Shown here: in pieces, positions 44,620-58,334 of the stretch
Layout: every line of letters begins with the position of its first letter
How positions within the stretch are numbered: position 1 is the first letter of the stretch
Origin: Neocallimastix sp. 'constans'
Taxonomy: Eukaryota
Direction: 5' to 3'
Assembly: GCA_050613775.1 (NCBI GenBank)
Contig: JBODTK010000140.1
Location: forward strand, 1-64,000
DNA length: 64,000 bases
The notes under the pieces: generated by a model
Database searches by the model: none
What the model saw: only the letters and a program-made list of their open reading frames with translations
Told to the model about the DNA's origin: nothing
Position numbers and translations under genes: made by a program

Positions 44620-45413
44620 TATGATGTTCATGGTTATCCAGTAAGTTTAATTAAATTATGACAAAAAAAAAAAAATAAATAAAATAAAATCTTTAAATTT
44701 ATAATTGATTAAATAATTAAAATATAATAATTAATAATAATTATAATCTATATATATATTTTAAATAATATTTTTAAAAGCATCTTGTTTTCTTTGATGG
44801 AAAAAAGAAATTAGAAGAAGGTTATGAACCAGAAGTATATGAAGGAGATCGTGAAGAAGAAGTAAATATAATTAATTAAAATTTATAGTATTTAATTATA
44901 ATATATTTAAAAATTAATATTTATATTTATTAAATATTTATTTAGGATTTTGTTGAATTCCTTAACAAAAAATGTAATACTCATCGTTTAGTTGGTGGTG
45001 GTTTAGATGATAAAGTAAGAATAATTTAAATCAATATTTATAATTAATATAATTATAATTAATAATTTATAATAAATATTTTATTATTATATTAATAAAA
45101 GGCTGGTAGAATTAGTGACTTAGATGAACTAGCTGAGAAATTCGTGAGTACTACTGCTGGTGAAAAACTCACTGATATAATTGAAAAAGCAAGTAAGATA
45201 GCAGAAACTATCAATGATAAATATTCAAATTACTACGTTAAAGTTATGAACAAGATCAATGATAAAAAAGATTATGTTGAAAAGGAAATTGGCAGATTAA
45301 CTAAAATTTTAGAAGGTAAAAACATTTCTATTGAAAAGGCTGATGATTTCATAAAAAGAATTAATATTTTAAAAAGCTTCAAAAAAGATGAAAAAACCAA
45401 GGATGAATTATAA
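43106..45413 (+). CDS. tigA: Protein disulfide isomerase, TigA/ERp38 type (a-a'-ERp29C), 368 aa, 10 exons
   Basis: Signal peptide, two APWCGHCK thioredoxin sites, helical C-domain (YYVKVM.K...YVEKEIGRL...KRINIL), terminal KDEL. Exons 43106-43201, 43319-43381, 43458-43586, 43773-43869, 44100-44287, 44398-44447, 44619-44640, 44781-44861, 44946-45014, 45102-45413. Confidence 0.93.
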
Positions 45414-45791
45414 TTTAAAAAAGAAATAAGAAATGATAAATTAAAAGCAAATATAATAGAAAAATAGAAAAAAAAAAAAAATTTTTTTTCCTCAAAAAAT
45501 TTAAAATAAAAAATAAATAAATAAATAAATAAATAAATAAAAATAAATAAATAAATAAATAAATTATTTATAAAAAAATTTTTTTATATTTAATATAAAT
45601 TTTCAGTGTATATAAATTTAAAAACAATATATTAAGAATTTTATTTATTTATTATAATTTAATTTTTTTTTTTTTTTTTTTTTTTTTTTTCTATAGCTAT
45701 AGTTAATTTGGACTTTAAACTTTATTCATTTTTTAATTACATGAATATTTTTTTTTTATAAAAAAACACATAATTATCAAAAAAAAAAAAA

Positions 45792-47557
45792 CCCCTAAAC
45801 TTACCCAGTATTCATTATCCAAACTGTGTTGAGTAACATCAGAAGCTAGTTCACTGTAATGTTCAGCAAATCGATTTAATTGATCCGAATGAGAAAATAA
45901 AAAGTTACCCTGCTTGTCCTTTAAAACACTTGACGAAATAGAATTAAAATACATAGGGCGAGATAGCTTCTTTAATTTTAACCAAGCACTCCTAACATTT
46001 TTATTACTAAAATCATTACATGCAGATTCTATTGACTGATGAAATTGTTTTGATTTAATAGAAAACTTAATTGACCTGACTTTACCACATATATTTTTAT
46101 ACTCACGAAGCAAATTTAAAAATTCATCAAGGTTTTCAAGATTAAAACCTAAAGAAAAATTTTTGATTTCATTAAATGCAACATGCTTTTCATGAGAAAG
46201 TTTCTTGATATAATAAGGGCAGTGGAAAGCTGATCCTTTAAGATCACAAGGAACTCTAGCATGAACTTTATCACCAACTTTATTAGCTGTTTCTATAAAT
46301 TTATTGACCATTTCATTAGAACTTAATTCTTTATTATCATCAAATTCATTAAGAAGAATTGAGAAGTAGTTACTTGAGAATATTTCATTATGCTTTTCAT
46401 TACACATGCGTTGGGACCACTTGAATCTTCTAGAAGGAGTAGGAGCACGAAAACCTTCTGAGTCATCTTTCTTACAGGAAAGGATAAGAGGGAAGTGGTC
46501 AGATATATCATTGAATGTACTACAAACAGATACCTTATTAATGTATTCCTTCATTTTACAATTAAATAAAACATGATCAATACAAGACGATCTACCATCC
46601 CGAGCCCATGTGAAATCGAGACCTGATAAGTTTTTAGTGAATCACTGATTAGATGATTTATTAAGTAAACTATCTAATTGGGATTTAGACATATTAAATT
46701 CACCTACAAGAATAGAAGGTGTATTAGTATGTTTCTGAAAAGGCATTCTTTCTTTCTTCCTTATGAGTGACCGTAGGAACATAAATATTACCAATAGTGC
46801 ATTTAATTCCCCAAAAAGAAGTAATGTTGACAGAAATGATATACTTATATTCAAAGGGATCAGGAGAAAATGAACATGAACGATGTACACTTATACTAAG
46901 ACCTCTCATACCAGGTATATTTGGATCAGCTTTACGTAAAATTGTATTATAGTGACAAAGAAATGGGTAATTATTTGAATGTACATTAAGGTATTGGCTA
47001 TTACCGACCTCTTGCAAGCAAATACAGATGGGTTTAAAAATTTCATTAAAGTATCTAATACCATCACGTTTTTCATCATTCCATCCATTAATGTTCCAAC
47101 TGACACAAAGATTAAAGAACTGAGTAGACGGTGAATAAATATTACTATAAAGAAAATCTTTAGCCATTGATTTAGTTTCAAAAGAAGAAAATTTGTTGTT
47201 AAATTTCTTAACTTCACTGAAAGTTCTGATTTTGTCGGTTTGGATCCAATTAATTTTATTGATTGGAAGACAATAGGTAAGAAGAAATAAAATATTTAGG
47301 TAATAAGTGGGTTTATCATAGTTTATCCTTAAAATGAAGTAATTTTCCATATTAGGTGTGTGTGTTTTTATAATTCCATGAACTATTTCATTGCAATTGG
47401 AAATACGTTTACTAAGAAATTCCCAAAGTTTACTAACAGACCATGATTGAAGATCATGAATAAAGATAAGAATGAAATCTTTATTCTGAATATCGTATCT
47501 TCGAAGACCACGTCGCAAAACAGGTATAGTTGCTGAATTTGAAGAAGTATTATCCAT
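45792..47557 (-). mobile_element. Degenerate non-LTR retrotransposon: N-terminal extension + APE endonuclease + linker, truncated before RT
   Basis: APE motifs SWNING, CLQE, GNIYVP, LVGEFN, IDHVL, SDHFPL. Frameshift near 46735, in-frame TGA at 46642-46644. Breaks at a homopolymer near 45791. Confidence 0.85.
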
Positions 47558-48859
47558 ATCAAGAAAGCCTAAAAAATAAAATAAAAGAAGAATAAAATAA
47601 AAATAATAAAAATAATAAAAATAATAAAAAAAAATAGATAAAAAAATTTTTTTTTTTTTTTTTTTATATATATATATATAATAAAATAAATTAAAAATAA
47701 AAGAGAAAGTAAATTCCCTTTAAATAGTAAAAAAAAAAATATTGGTGTTGAATATTTGAAAGCTTGAAATATAAAATTGTTCTTGATGATTTAATAGATT
47801 TTAGATTTTGTAAATAATTGATTTTATCCTGTATAACTGATATAATATTTATAAATTTACTCAAGGGTTAGTAATTTATTGATACAAAATTACTTGTATA
47901 TACTGTTAAAATGAATAATTGTTTCTTTTTATCTTTTGACTGATTGTAATTCTTTCAATTAATAAAGCGCTTTAAGATGTTAAAAATTTTCTGTTGAATA
48001 ATCATAAATTAGCTAAAAGTATATTTAAAAAGAAAAAATATTAGTAGAGAAAGAATATAAAAAAGATTCCCATCCGTTAAATAATGTCTTAAACACAAGC
48101 TTTGGAATGAATCAATCTCCTACATTTCCATTTTATAATAGCTACATGAAAGTATAAATAATACTATAGAAAAATACATATACAAAATAATGCTAAAGTA
48201 AAAAATACAATAGATTCATTACAATGATAATATGTAGAAACTACATGATATTATTAATTATACAACTCCAATGTTACTACATATCCAGTTTAAAACAATA
48301 TAAAACATCAGGTTCACTTTCTACAGTCTTCCAGTATTCCAGTTTTCACTCTTCGTACTAGAAGCCACTTTAGAAAGGATAACCATCGATTATCATCAGA
48401 ATCACAGAAAGCTGTAATTAGTACACCTGATATAGGTTATTCCTTTTCCATCAACCCTCCATGGACCTGGAAAAACAGTCCACTTCATTGGGAGTCTTCT
48501 CCTTTGATATTTTTTTTTTTTTTTTTTTTTTTTAGGAAGAGATACACTTCAGAAAGTAATTATTTAATCTTTATCCAATATAATTATTAAATTTTTATGT
48601 TTTAACAGGTTTTTTTTTAAAAAAAATACATTATAAAATTTAAAGATAAAAATAAAATATATATAAAAGATTAAGTAAAATAAAAAAAATAATAAAAAAT
48701 TTAAAAAAAAAATTTTTTTAATTAATCAAAGAAAATTTAATGTAATAAAGAATAAAAATAAGTTCAAAATATTTCGGTGTGATATATACTATATGTAGTA
48801 ACATGATCATCAGTTAAATCTAAAATAATAAAATAAAGAAGTAATATCTTTAAAATAGA

Positions 48860-49260
48860 TAGTGTGGTATCCACTAAACTCTCCCTTGAACCACAAGAAA
48901 AATCATCAAAAATTGAATTTCTTACTATAGGTTCTGTGTTCGGAATTGTGTTGTTAGTAAATGTATATTGATGAGAATTAACAGGACTTCAAATGCACTA
49001 TTCCTTTGCCATATCGGTACAACGTCGATACTCTTGGTAATGAAGGTGTTTTTGTTAATCCTCTCAAAAAGTAAACTCAAGAGAACTACTGATGATTGGT
49101 ATTGCATTTGCAAGATATTCCGCAAGCCCTACAATATACGGAATAGTAGACCCCTATGAACTTTTTAAGAGTTATTCACTTAAATGTCCCCAATATCGAA
49201 TTGTAGCTCATCTAAAGCTGAAATTCCACCAAGAAGGAATATATAAATATATCTGTTTAT
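48860..49260 (-). mobile_element. Degenerate 3' end of LINE ORF2
   Basis: Minus-strand FLLGGISALDEL.. and STIPYIVGLAEYLANAIPIISSSL with stops; shares a 16-mer with the relic near 10715. Confidence 0.5.
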
Positions 49261-49314
49261 GAAATAATACATAATTATTCAACGAAGTTATTTATAATAC
49301 TAAGAAACAATAAT

Positions 49315-49361
<47 letters not shown>

Positions 49362-50016
49362 GAACAAAATAAAAACAATATAAATATGAAAATTTCATAT
49401 TCTAAAATATTAGAATAAAAAGGAAGTAAGGAAAGATTCCTTACTTCCTTCTTTAGAGTCATTGGTCTGCTAATAATAATAATATTAATACCTTAGTTGT
49501 ATTATTATTTATGAAATATATATATATTAATTATGATAAATAAAATATTGAAATATATACTATTGAGAATTTATAATATAAATAAATATTTTATTAAATT
49601 AGTTTTTTATTTATTTATTTATTTTATCTTTTATTTTTATTGTTTATGTTTATTTTTAAATTTTATTTTATTATTATTATTTTTTTTTGTATTTTATTTA
49701 TTTATAAGAATAATATGTGAAAAAAAAATAACTTTAAAAAGAATAATTTTTTTCATAATTTCTTTTTATTTATATATGCTTTATATTATTTATGTATTAA
49801 TAAAAAAAAATGTTATTCAATTTTTTTTTTTTATATATATTAAGTATACTTGCTTTTTTTATATTATATTTATAAATCTAAAATAATTGTTTATACATTA
49901 AAATTTTGTTTAACTTTTTTTTTTTTGGTTTAATTTTAATTACATATATATATTATTTCATTTATCTTTATTATCATTTATAATTTGAATCTTTCAAAGG
50001 AAATATTATTATTTAT

Positions 50017-50047
<31 letters not shown>

Positions 50048-50064
50048 CTTTTTCTTTTCCTAAT

Positions 50065-50110
<46 letters not shown>

Positions 50111-50131
50111 TCTTTATTTTTAGTTTTAAAT

Positions 50132-53100
50132 TTATTCATCATCTTCGGTAATATCTCCGTATCTCCATGCATTAACTCTAGCCTTCTTAGCTTGTTCTTG
50201 AATTTCAATTAAAACTTCTGGAATAGATTTAATAATCTTCTTAGAGTTAGTCATATTCTTAGCACGATCAATAATTTCATGGTCAACTCTCTTAACCCAA
50301 TTCTTTTCAACCATAGCAAGACCTTCAGAAAGTAATTGAGCATTTACACTGGAAGCAACGGTTTTAGCGCCGGATTCCTTAGTATATAACATAATAGTCA
50401 TATTGTTACCAGCCTTAGAAATAACATCAGCAATTAATGATTTACCTTCAACAATATCTTGTAATTGTTCGTAGGCTTCAATCTTCCAATCTTCATCTGT
50501 GAAAGTATTGATGAAAGCGAGCTTAGCTTCAACAGCATATTGTGGAATCTTCTTAATACCAAATTGTTCTGGAAGTGGACGAACATTGTTAAGAATAACT
50601 AAATCTTCACTGTTACCATAATCAATATAGAAGACATTAGCTTTCTTCTTACCACCTTCATTAAAGATCTTACGAACACGAGCACGATACCAAGTATTAT
50701 CTTCAGAAAACTTAGCAGCAACAATTTCATTTGCTTTTGGATTGAATGGAGCCTTTGGAGCATTTTCTGGTTTGGATTCATAATTATTAAGGTCATCAAT
50801 TAATTTTTCTAATCTACCAAGGTTACTAGAAGCAAGTTGAACACAAATATCAGCTGCAGTATTAATGTTACTTAATACAACTTCAATTCTTTCAATACCC
50901 TTTTGTGGGAGTGGAGTAGACTTGCTGATAACAACTTCAGCTTCCTTCTTAACTTCTGGAACATAATTTTCCCAAATGTTAATTTTAGCAGATCTAGCTT
51001 TTTCTTCAGCTTCATATAATTCATTCTTATATGGACTTTGATCAGCAGAATAATCATTGATACGAACATAACCTAATTCTAATAATTGAACAGCAATATT
51101 CTTCTTTATTCCATTAATTGTAGCGAATAAGGCACCAATGAAACCACCAGAACGATCTGTAGTTTCAACAGTAAATTCAATATCACGTTGAAGAATATTT
51201 CTATTGACATAGTCAAGAGCTTCTTGAGCAAATGGCTCTGACTTATCCTTTTCGGTCTTACCTAATCTAGGAGCACGAATTCCACCAAGAACTAAAACCA
51301 TACGACAATTTTCTTTTGGAACGCGAACAATGTAACGACCACAATTTGGAATGTATTCAACTATACCACGAGTTGTACCATTTTGGAAGCTAGATAAGAA
51401 ACTCTTAGCCTTTGATAAATTTTCAGAAGCATCAACGTATCTGTAAATTGGTGCTTCCTTAGTACTGTGACAACCAACTAAAGCTTCTTTAGCTTCTTCT
51501 TCAGCCATACGTAAACGATCATAAAATGGAGAACGATTTTGGTCTTCACGACCATGATGAATAACTAAAGCTAAACCCTAAATAAAATTAATTATTAAAA
51601 ATTATATGGAATTATATTAATTATTATTAGTACTATAAAACATTATAAATTTACTATCTTACTATATATTTAATATACAATTTTATTTCGTTATCATTTC
51701 TTGTATTATATGTTTATAATATAAATAATATATATATATATTATTTAAATATATTGTAATAAAAAAATATTACCTTAGATAAAAGTAATTCAGCAATATT
51801 TTGACCCTTGTATGTAACAGTAGCACATTCTCTTTCTTCATAATTATCTTGAGCTTCCTTAACATAATCAACCTTAACATGTACAGTTTTACCAATCAAC
51901 TTCTTTCTTAAAAATTCTTTAGCTTCATAAGCGTAACCAGATTCTTGAAGATTTCTATCAGAACCTTGTGGTTTTTCTTGTGGTGGTTTTCTTATACTGG
52001 ATAATGTAATCTTCTTTTCTTTATTATTAATTGGGTTTAAAACAATCATCATATCACCACTAATAACTCTTATAACTTGACCATTGAAATTTGAATCTGG
52101 TGGTAAATTCTTGTCCTTAGAAACAAAGTCTTTCCATATACGAAGTTTCTTTTCCTTAGCCTTGTTTTCAGCTTCTCTTAATTTTAAAATATCACAACCA
52201 GTGACACTCATTAAAGTTTGATCATTAACTCTAGCCAAACTATTTTTATTATACATATTTAATTAGTTACTCAAAACAAAAATTTTCAATTTTTGCTATA
52301 TTAATTTATTAAAATATTTTTATTTTATTATTTACCCTTCAAGAAGTAAAACTTCAGCAATATTTCCTCTTGGGTGAAGAATAGAACCAATGAAATTACT
52401 ACTATTAGGAAGATAATTTTCAATAACAACCTTGACATCACTTTGAAGAATTCTAGTTTCAACAAAGTACTTTGCTTCTTCACTAAATGGTTCAACTAAA
52501 TCTTCAACATTTGGAACATTCTTTCTGTAAACTGGAGCTCTAATACCAGAAATTAATAAAACAATATATTGATAAGTTGGGAATTTAATATCTGGGATTT
52601 TAACGGCAACACGAACAGTTGAACCATCACGGACTTGTTCAATAGTACCTATAATATTTATTATATTTAATATATTAATTTTTTTTAATCTCAAAATAAT
52701 AATTAATATATACTACACATTACTAACCATCTAATTTCTTTCCATTGTATTTTTTAAAGAAAGCCTTTGCCTCATTTGGATCAATCTTCCATGAAACATC
52801 ACGTTTCTATTTTTAAAGATAAAAACATTATTTTTTATATTAATTATATATATTTCATTAATATATATTATATTAAAACATTTAATATTTATATATTTTA
52901 ATTTCCATAAAACACTTACACCAGCGGTAACATCCTTAGCCCATAAACCTTTATTTTCTTTTTGAGCTTGTTGTTCTAATTGGGTTAAGTATTCATGTTC
53001 TCTGTTTATAACGTAAATAAAAAAAAAATAAATATTAATAACTATTTATATTGACATAAAAATTAAACTAATATATTCTTAATAAAATCTAAATAGAACT

Positions 53101-53597
53101 TACTCAGAATTGTTTCTATCATTCTTTCTAACTTTAAGTAAACCTTTTTTAACCATAATACGTGTAATATTGGTTTCACCTTCAATAACCTTTGGAATTG
53201 AAATAGAACCAAAATCTCTTCTATTGGTATTTGTTGTATAATCAATTTCATATGAAACTTCTTTTCCAACTAAAAGTTTACGAAGATAATCACGAGATTG
53301 TAAAGCAAATGGCTATTTATTTATTTATTTATTTTTATTAATAAGATAAATTTTTATTTTTATATGATTCTCATATATTTATTTATATATTATAAATTTA
53401 TATTTTATTATTTAATAAAAGTTAATAATACGTACTTCTTCTCTAGAAGGATCAGACTGAGTACCTAATTTTGGAGCTTCAACATTTGAAAAAGAAATAA
53501 TCTTTTCTGGTGGTGGACCATTTACAGCTCTACCTTTAATAATAATAGTATCACCAGAAACAATGGATTTAACAATTCCTCTTCCTTTCTTACTCAT
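50132..53597 (-). CDS. SND1: Tudor staphylococcal nuclease (Tudor-SN/p100), 918 aa, 7 exons
   Basis: Start GIVKSIVSGDTIII..GPPPEK, tandem SNase domains (EPFA..A), Tudor (AAKFSEDNTWYRAR..FYIDYGNSE), C-terminal WRYGDITEDD. Exons 53597-53436, 53312-53104, 53001-52920, 52806-52728, 52648-52336, 52239-51774, 51577-50132. Confidence 0.96.
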
Positions 53598-56500
53598 ATT
53601 CTATTTATATTATTATTCTTTATTTTTAATATAAATAACATTAATTTCTATTAGTACTTATTCTAATATAAATATTAGTAATATTTATCTTCTAATAAAA
53701 TAAAATATAAATATTGAATAATAATTTATTTATTCTATAAAAGTAATAAAATATAAATATTTTTATCACTTTTTTAATTTTAATTCCAGTAATAAATATT
53801 ATTCTTTTTTTTTTTTTTATAAATAGAAGTAACAAATATTCTTTATTTTTATATTTCAAATCACACTAATATACCTTTAAAAAAAAAGTTAAACAATAAA
53901 TATTAAAGAGAAAAAAAAAAAAAAAAATAAAAAAAAGGATTATTTTTATTATTTATATATACATTTATTTGTATTGTATTTGGTTAAAAATAATATTAAA
54001 TATATTATTAATACTTTATATCACGATTTATATATAATAGTAAAATAATAATAGTCATTATGAATTTTCTTATATTAATTAATTATTAATTCATATTAAA
54101 TCAAGAATAAATATATTTTTATTTAATTATCTTTATTAGTTTAATTTATAAATATATAAATATAAAAATATATTAGATACATATAATATATATATTATGA
54201 TATTATGATTTATTATATTTAAAATAAAATTTAAGAATTTAATGTTTAATCCATATTTTTGCTTAATTTAAATTTTAATATATAAAGTTATTACATATTT
54301 GAAATTTTTTTTTTCTTTTTGATCAATACTTAATTACATTTTTATATACATATTGTAAATTAGTAATGTATCAATATTTTATAAAGATTTTCCTTAAATT
54401 TCCTTATTTTGCTTTTATATCTGTCACTAAATATAAAAATATAGTAAATCAATAAATTAAGGAATATATTTGATAACACTTTTTTTATAAATTATAATTT
54501 TAACATAATATCCATAGTGCATTTTTCATTATATTATTCAAGAATCCTCTGTTCAAATATTATATATAAATATATATTTTTTATTTTAATTATAATATTA
54601 AAAATATTAAATAATTTATATTCTATAGTTTCAAGGGATTTATGTATTATTTACATTTTATTTATGTGAACAATTAATAATTTTCTATTTGTCAGATAAT
54701 GATTGGTATATTAATTAATATTAGTATTAAATAATTTATTTTATGTATTAAATTAATTAAAAAAATATTTTTAATAATTCATCTCAAAAATGTATTTTTT
54801 AGTTAATATTGAATTAACTTACTCATTATAAAAATTATTGTATTATTATTATTTGTTATTTGGTATTTTTTTATTAATTCAATTACTTTATTTTCTAGTT
54901 TTTATTTCTTTTTTTATGTATTTATTATTTAAATTATTACATTATTTATTTACATATTTATATATATTTATTTATTATTATTACATTATTTATTTACATA
55001 TTTATTTATTATTTAGTTTTTACATATTTATTTATTTATATTTGTTTATATTTATTTTTTATTTAAATTATTTAATATTTATTTATATATTTATTATTTA
55101 ATTTATTACATATTAATTTATTTATATTTAATTTTATTATATATTAATATATTTATTTATTATTTATTTAAATTATATTATTTATTTATTTATTATTTAT
55201 TCATTTATATTATTGAAATATATTTTAACATTTTTACAACCTAATTTTCATTTATGAAAAATTAATAATAAAATTTTTCAATTTAAATATTGATATTAAA
55301 GAAAGTAAAAAGGATTAAAATTAAGGGTATTATAATTAAATTTAAATTATACATTATATGAAATTAATAAAATATATAATTAATTCTACAAATTTTTTTA
55401 ACAGTAAATATATTTTTTTTTCATTATATTTCTATTTCTGGTCAAAATATATATATATAATGATTCATTATCATCATCAATTATAAATTCTCAATATAAA
55501 ATAAATAATTAATTATTTACTATTATTATGATTATTATTATAAATTCAATCCATTTTTTTATATATATTACATGAATTTTTTTATATATATTACATGAAG
55601 GATTCTATTAAAATAGATGCAACAAAAAGAATAACAATGGAGACAACAAGACTCATTCATAATTCTCAAAAATCAATTGACCAATATCATCTTTTTAAAT
55701 TATCTTTTAATTTATTATTACTATTATATTTACACTATTAATATTACTATTATCATTATTATTATAATAATAATAATAATTAGATATAGTATTTTTTTTT
55801 TTTACTTCATATTTCTAAATTATATATACTTTATTTAACTAATTGAATTTTAATTTCAAGTCAATTATATTTATCCACACCACAAATAAATTATTAATAT
55901 CAGTATTATTCAAAAAATATAACATCCTTTACAAGCTTAAGAATTTTCATTATGACATTTTTAGTTAAAGATTTATTATTATATAATTATATATAAAAAT
56001 GTTTTAAATTTAAAAATTTCTATATAATTATAATTTATATTCATATTTGATAAAATTCTTTTATTACTGTATTTAGTAACGACAACCACAGTCAGAATTA
56101 CAGTATAATTCATTATTATTTATTTTAAATATTAAAAAATTATCTTGTTAGGTACAGAATTTTCAATTATGTATTAATATTCTTATACTAAATATATCAA
56201 TAAATTTATTATTATTTCTAATAGTTTATGAATTATCTAAATTAGATCAATATATGTTTTTTATTTTTTTGAATTTCTTTTACACAATCACATGGAAAAA
56301 TTTCTAAATAGCATTTTCATTTCTATCGAAAAATTTGCTATATATTTTATTATATAATTCCAATAATAAATAATAAATTACTTCTTAATGTCCATTCAAC
56401 CATTATATTATATGTATAATTATTTAAAATTTTTATTATTATTATTAATTTTTTGTTTTTTTTTTTTAAAAAAAAAAAAAAACAATATTATTATATTTTC

Positions 56501-57143
56501 ATTATAAACTAAATATTTTGTATATATATATCCCCTATTTTAATATAACATATTCTTTTAGTCGGGAAAAGCAGATTACATGAATTATCATTATATACTT
56601 CTGTTAATAATCCATTAAATTATTATTATTAATCATACTACTATTACTAATATTGGTACTACTATTAGTAATAATATTAATAATAATAATAATACTGCTA
56701 CTACCATTAATAATTAACAATATATTTCCTCATTCTCATATTCCTTATATTTTTGATTTCTTTCAGTTATTCTAGTTATAATGAATAAACAACTATACCA
56801 TCTTGACCTAAATAAATTTGTTATATTGATTAAGAATTTATAGTATCAATTTCATTAATTATCTCTTTCGTAAACCTAATCTAGAATTCTAAAAATTTTT
56901 ATAATATATCCTATATTTATAATTATAATTTATATTAATATTTAAAATAACTATTAACAATACTAATTTATTTTTATTAAATAATTATTTTTAATTAATA
57001 CTTCACCTATCTCTAATTCTCTTGTAATTAAATAACATTAATATTTCATAGTGATATAACAAATAAAAGTAAAAATAATTATCCTTAATTTTTTATACTA
57101 CTTTATAAAAATATTAATATATATTTACTTCTTTTAATAATTT

Positions 57144-57179
<36 letters not shown>

Positions 57180-58334
57180 TATTTTGTTAAAAATAAACTA
57201 GTTGTGATTTTTTTCAAATAAATATAAATTTAAATTTAAATAATAATTATCCATTTTTTTTTTTTTTTTTTTTTAGTATCACACATTAGTATACATTAGT
57301 ATTCTGCTAAAATTAATAAAAAAAAATGAATTAAGAATTAAGAAAAAAAGTTTGAATCATAATGTTTCCAATAAATTAGATATTCATTTATTTTTTATTT
57401 TTATTTTTAATAATGCATTTTGGATATTTATATAATTTTAAATTTATATAATGTATTTAATTTAAAATCTTCTAATATTATATCTCATTGTTAACAAATT
57501 TTATTTAATAATAATCATATCACAATAATAAAATAATAATAAATAAATAATAAATATTAAATATTAAATATTAAATATTAAATATTAAATAACATATATA
57601 ATAATTAATAGATAATAAATAATAACTAAACTAATAAATAGTAATATATAATTAATATGAAATATTATATAAATACTAAATACTAAATAATGTATATAGT
57701 TCCTAATAATTATTTTATAATTGTAATTAATATTTAAAATTATAAATTATCACCACATTTAAATTTGGTAGATATATTAGTGCTACCAAAACATAATTTT
57801 TTTTTTTTTTTAATCTTATTGAAATATAAATTTTTTGTTAAATAAATATAAATATATAATTCACAAATAAAATTAAAAATTTCTCATCTGAATTAAAAAT
57901 TAATTAAATATATAAGAATATATATATAATAATTATTAAAATTTATAAAAAACTTTATTACAATTAATTATTAATTATACTAATTATTTTTTTATTATAT
58001 TTATGCATTTCAACCTTTTCTTTTAGATTAGCTTGTATTCTTTTTTAATAAGAAAAATATTAAAAAAAAATTCATTTCTAATCGAAGATGTAGTATTGAA
58101 AATTAATTGAAAATATTAATATTTAAAATATATATAAAATTTCATTATATTATTAAAAACATTACAAAGTGGACACTCTTTTAGAAAAAAAAAAAAAAAA
58201 AACTAAATAAATGAAGAACTTTAATATAAATTATAATTATATGATTTAATTATAAAAACCTAAGCATTTTGCAATATTTTTATTTTTATTCGAATATTAT
58301 TATTTTATTTATAAAATATATTTATTAAATAAAT

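Noticed and set aside
48300..48510. GC-richer patch; checked for minor snRNA and copia RNase H (FCDSD) similarity
   Set aside because: No U11/U12/U4atac/U6atac signature recognised, and the peptide match is too short.
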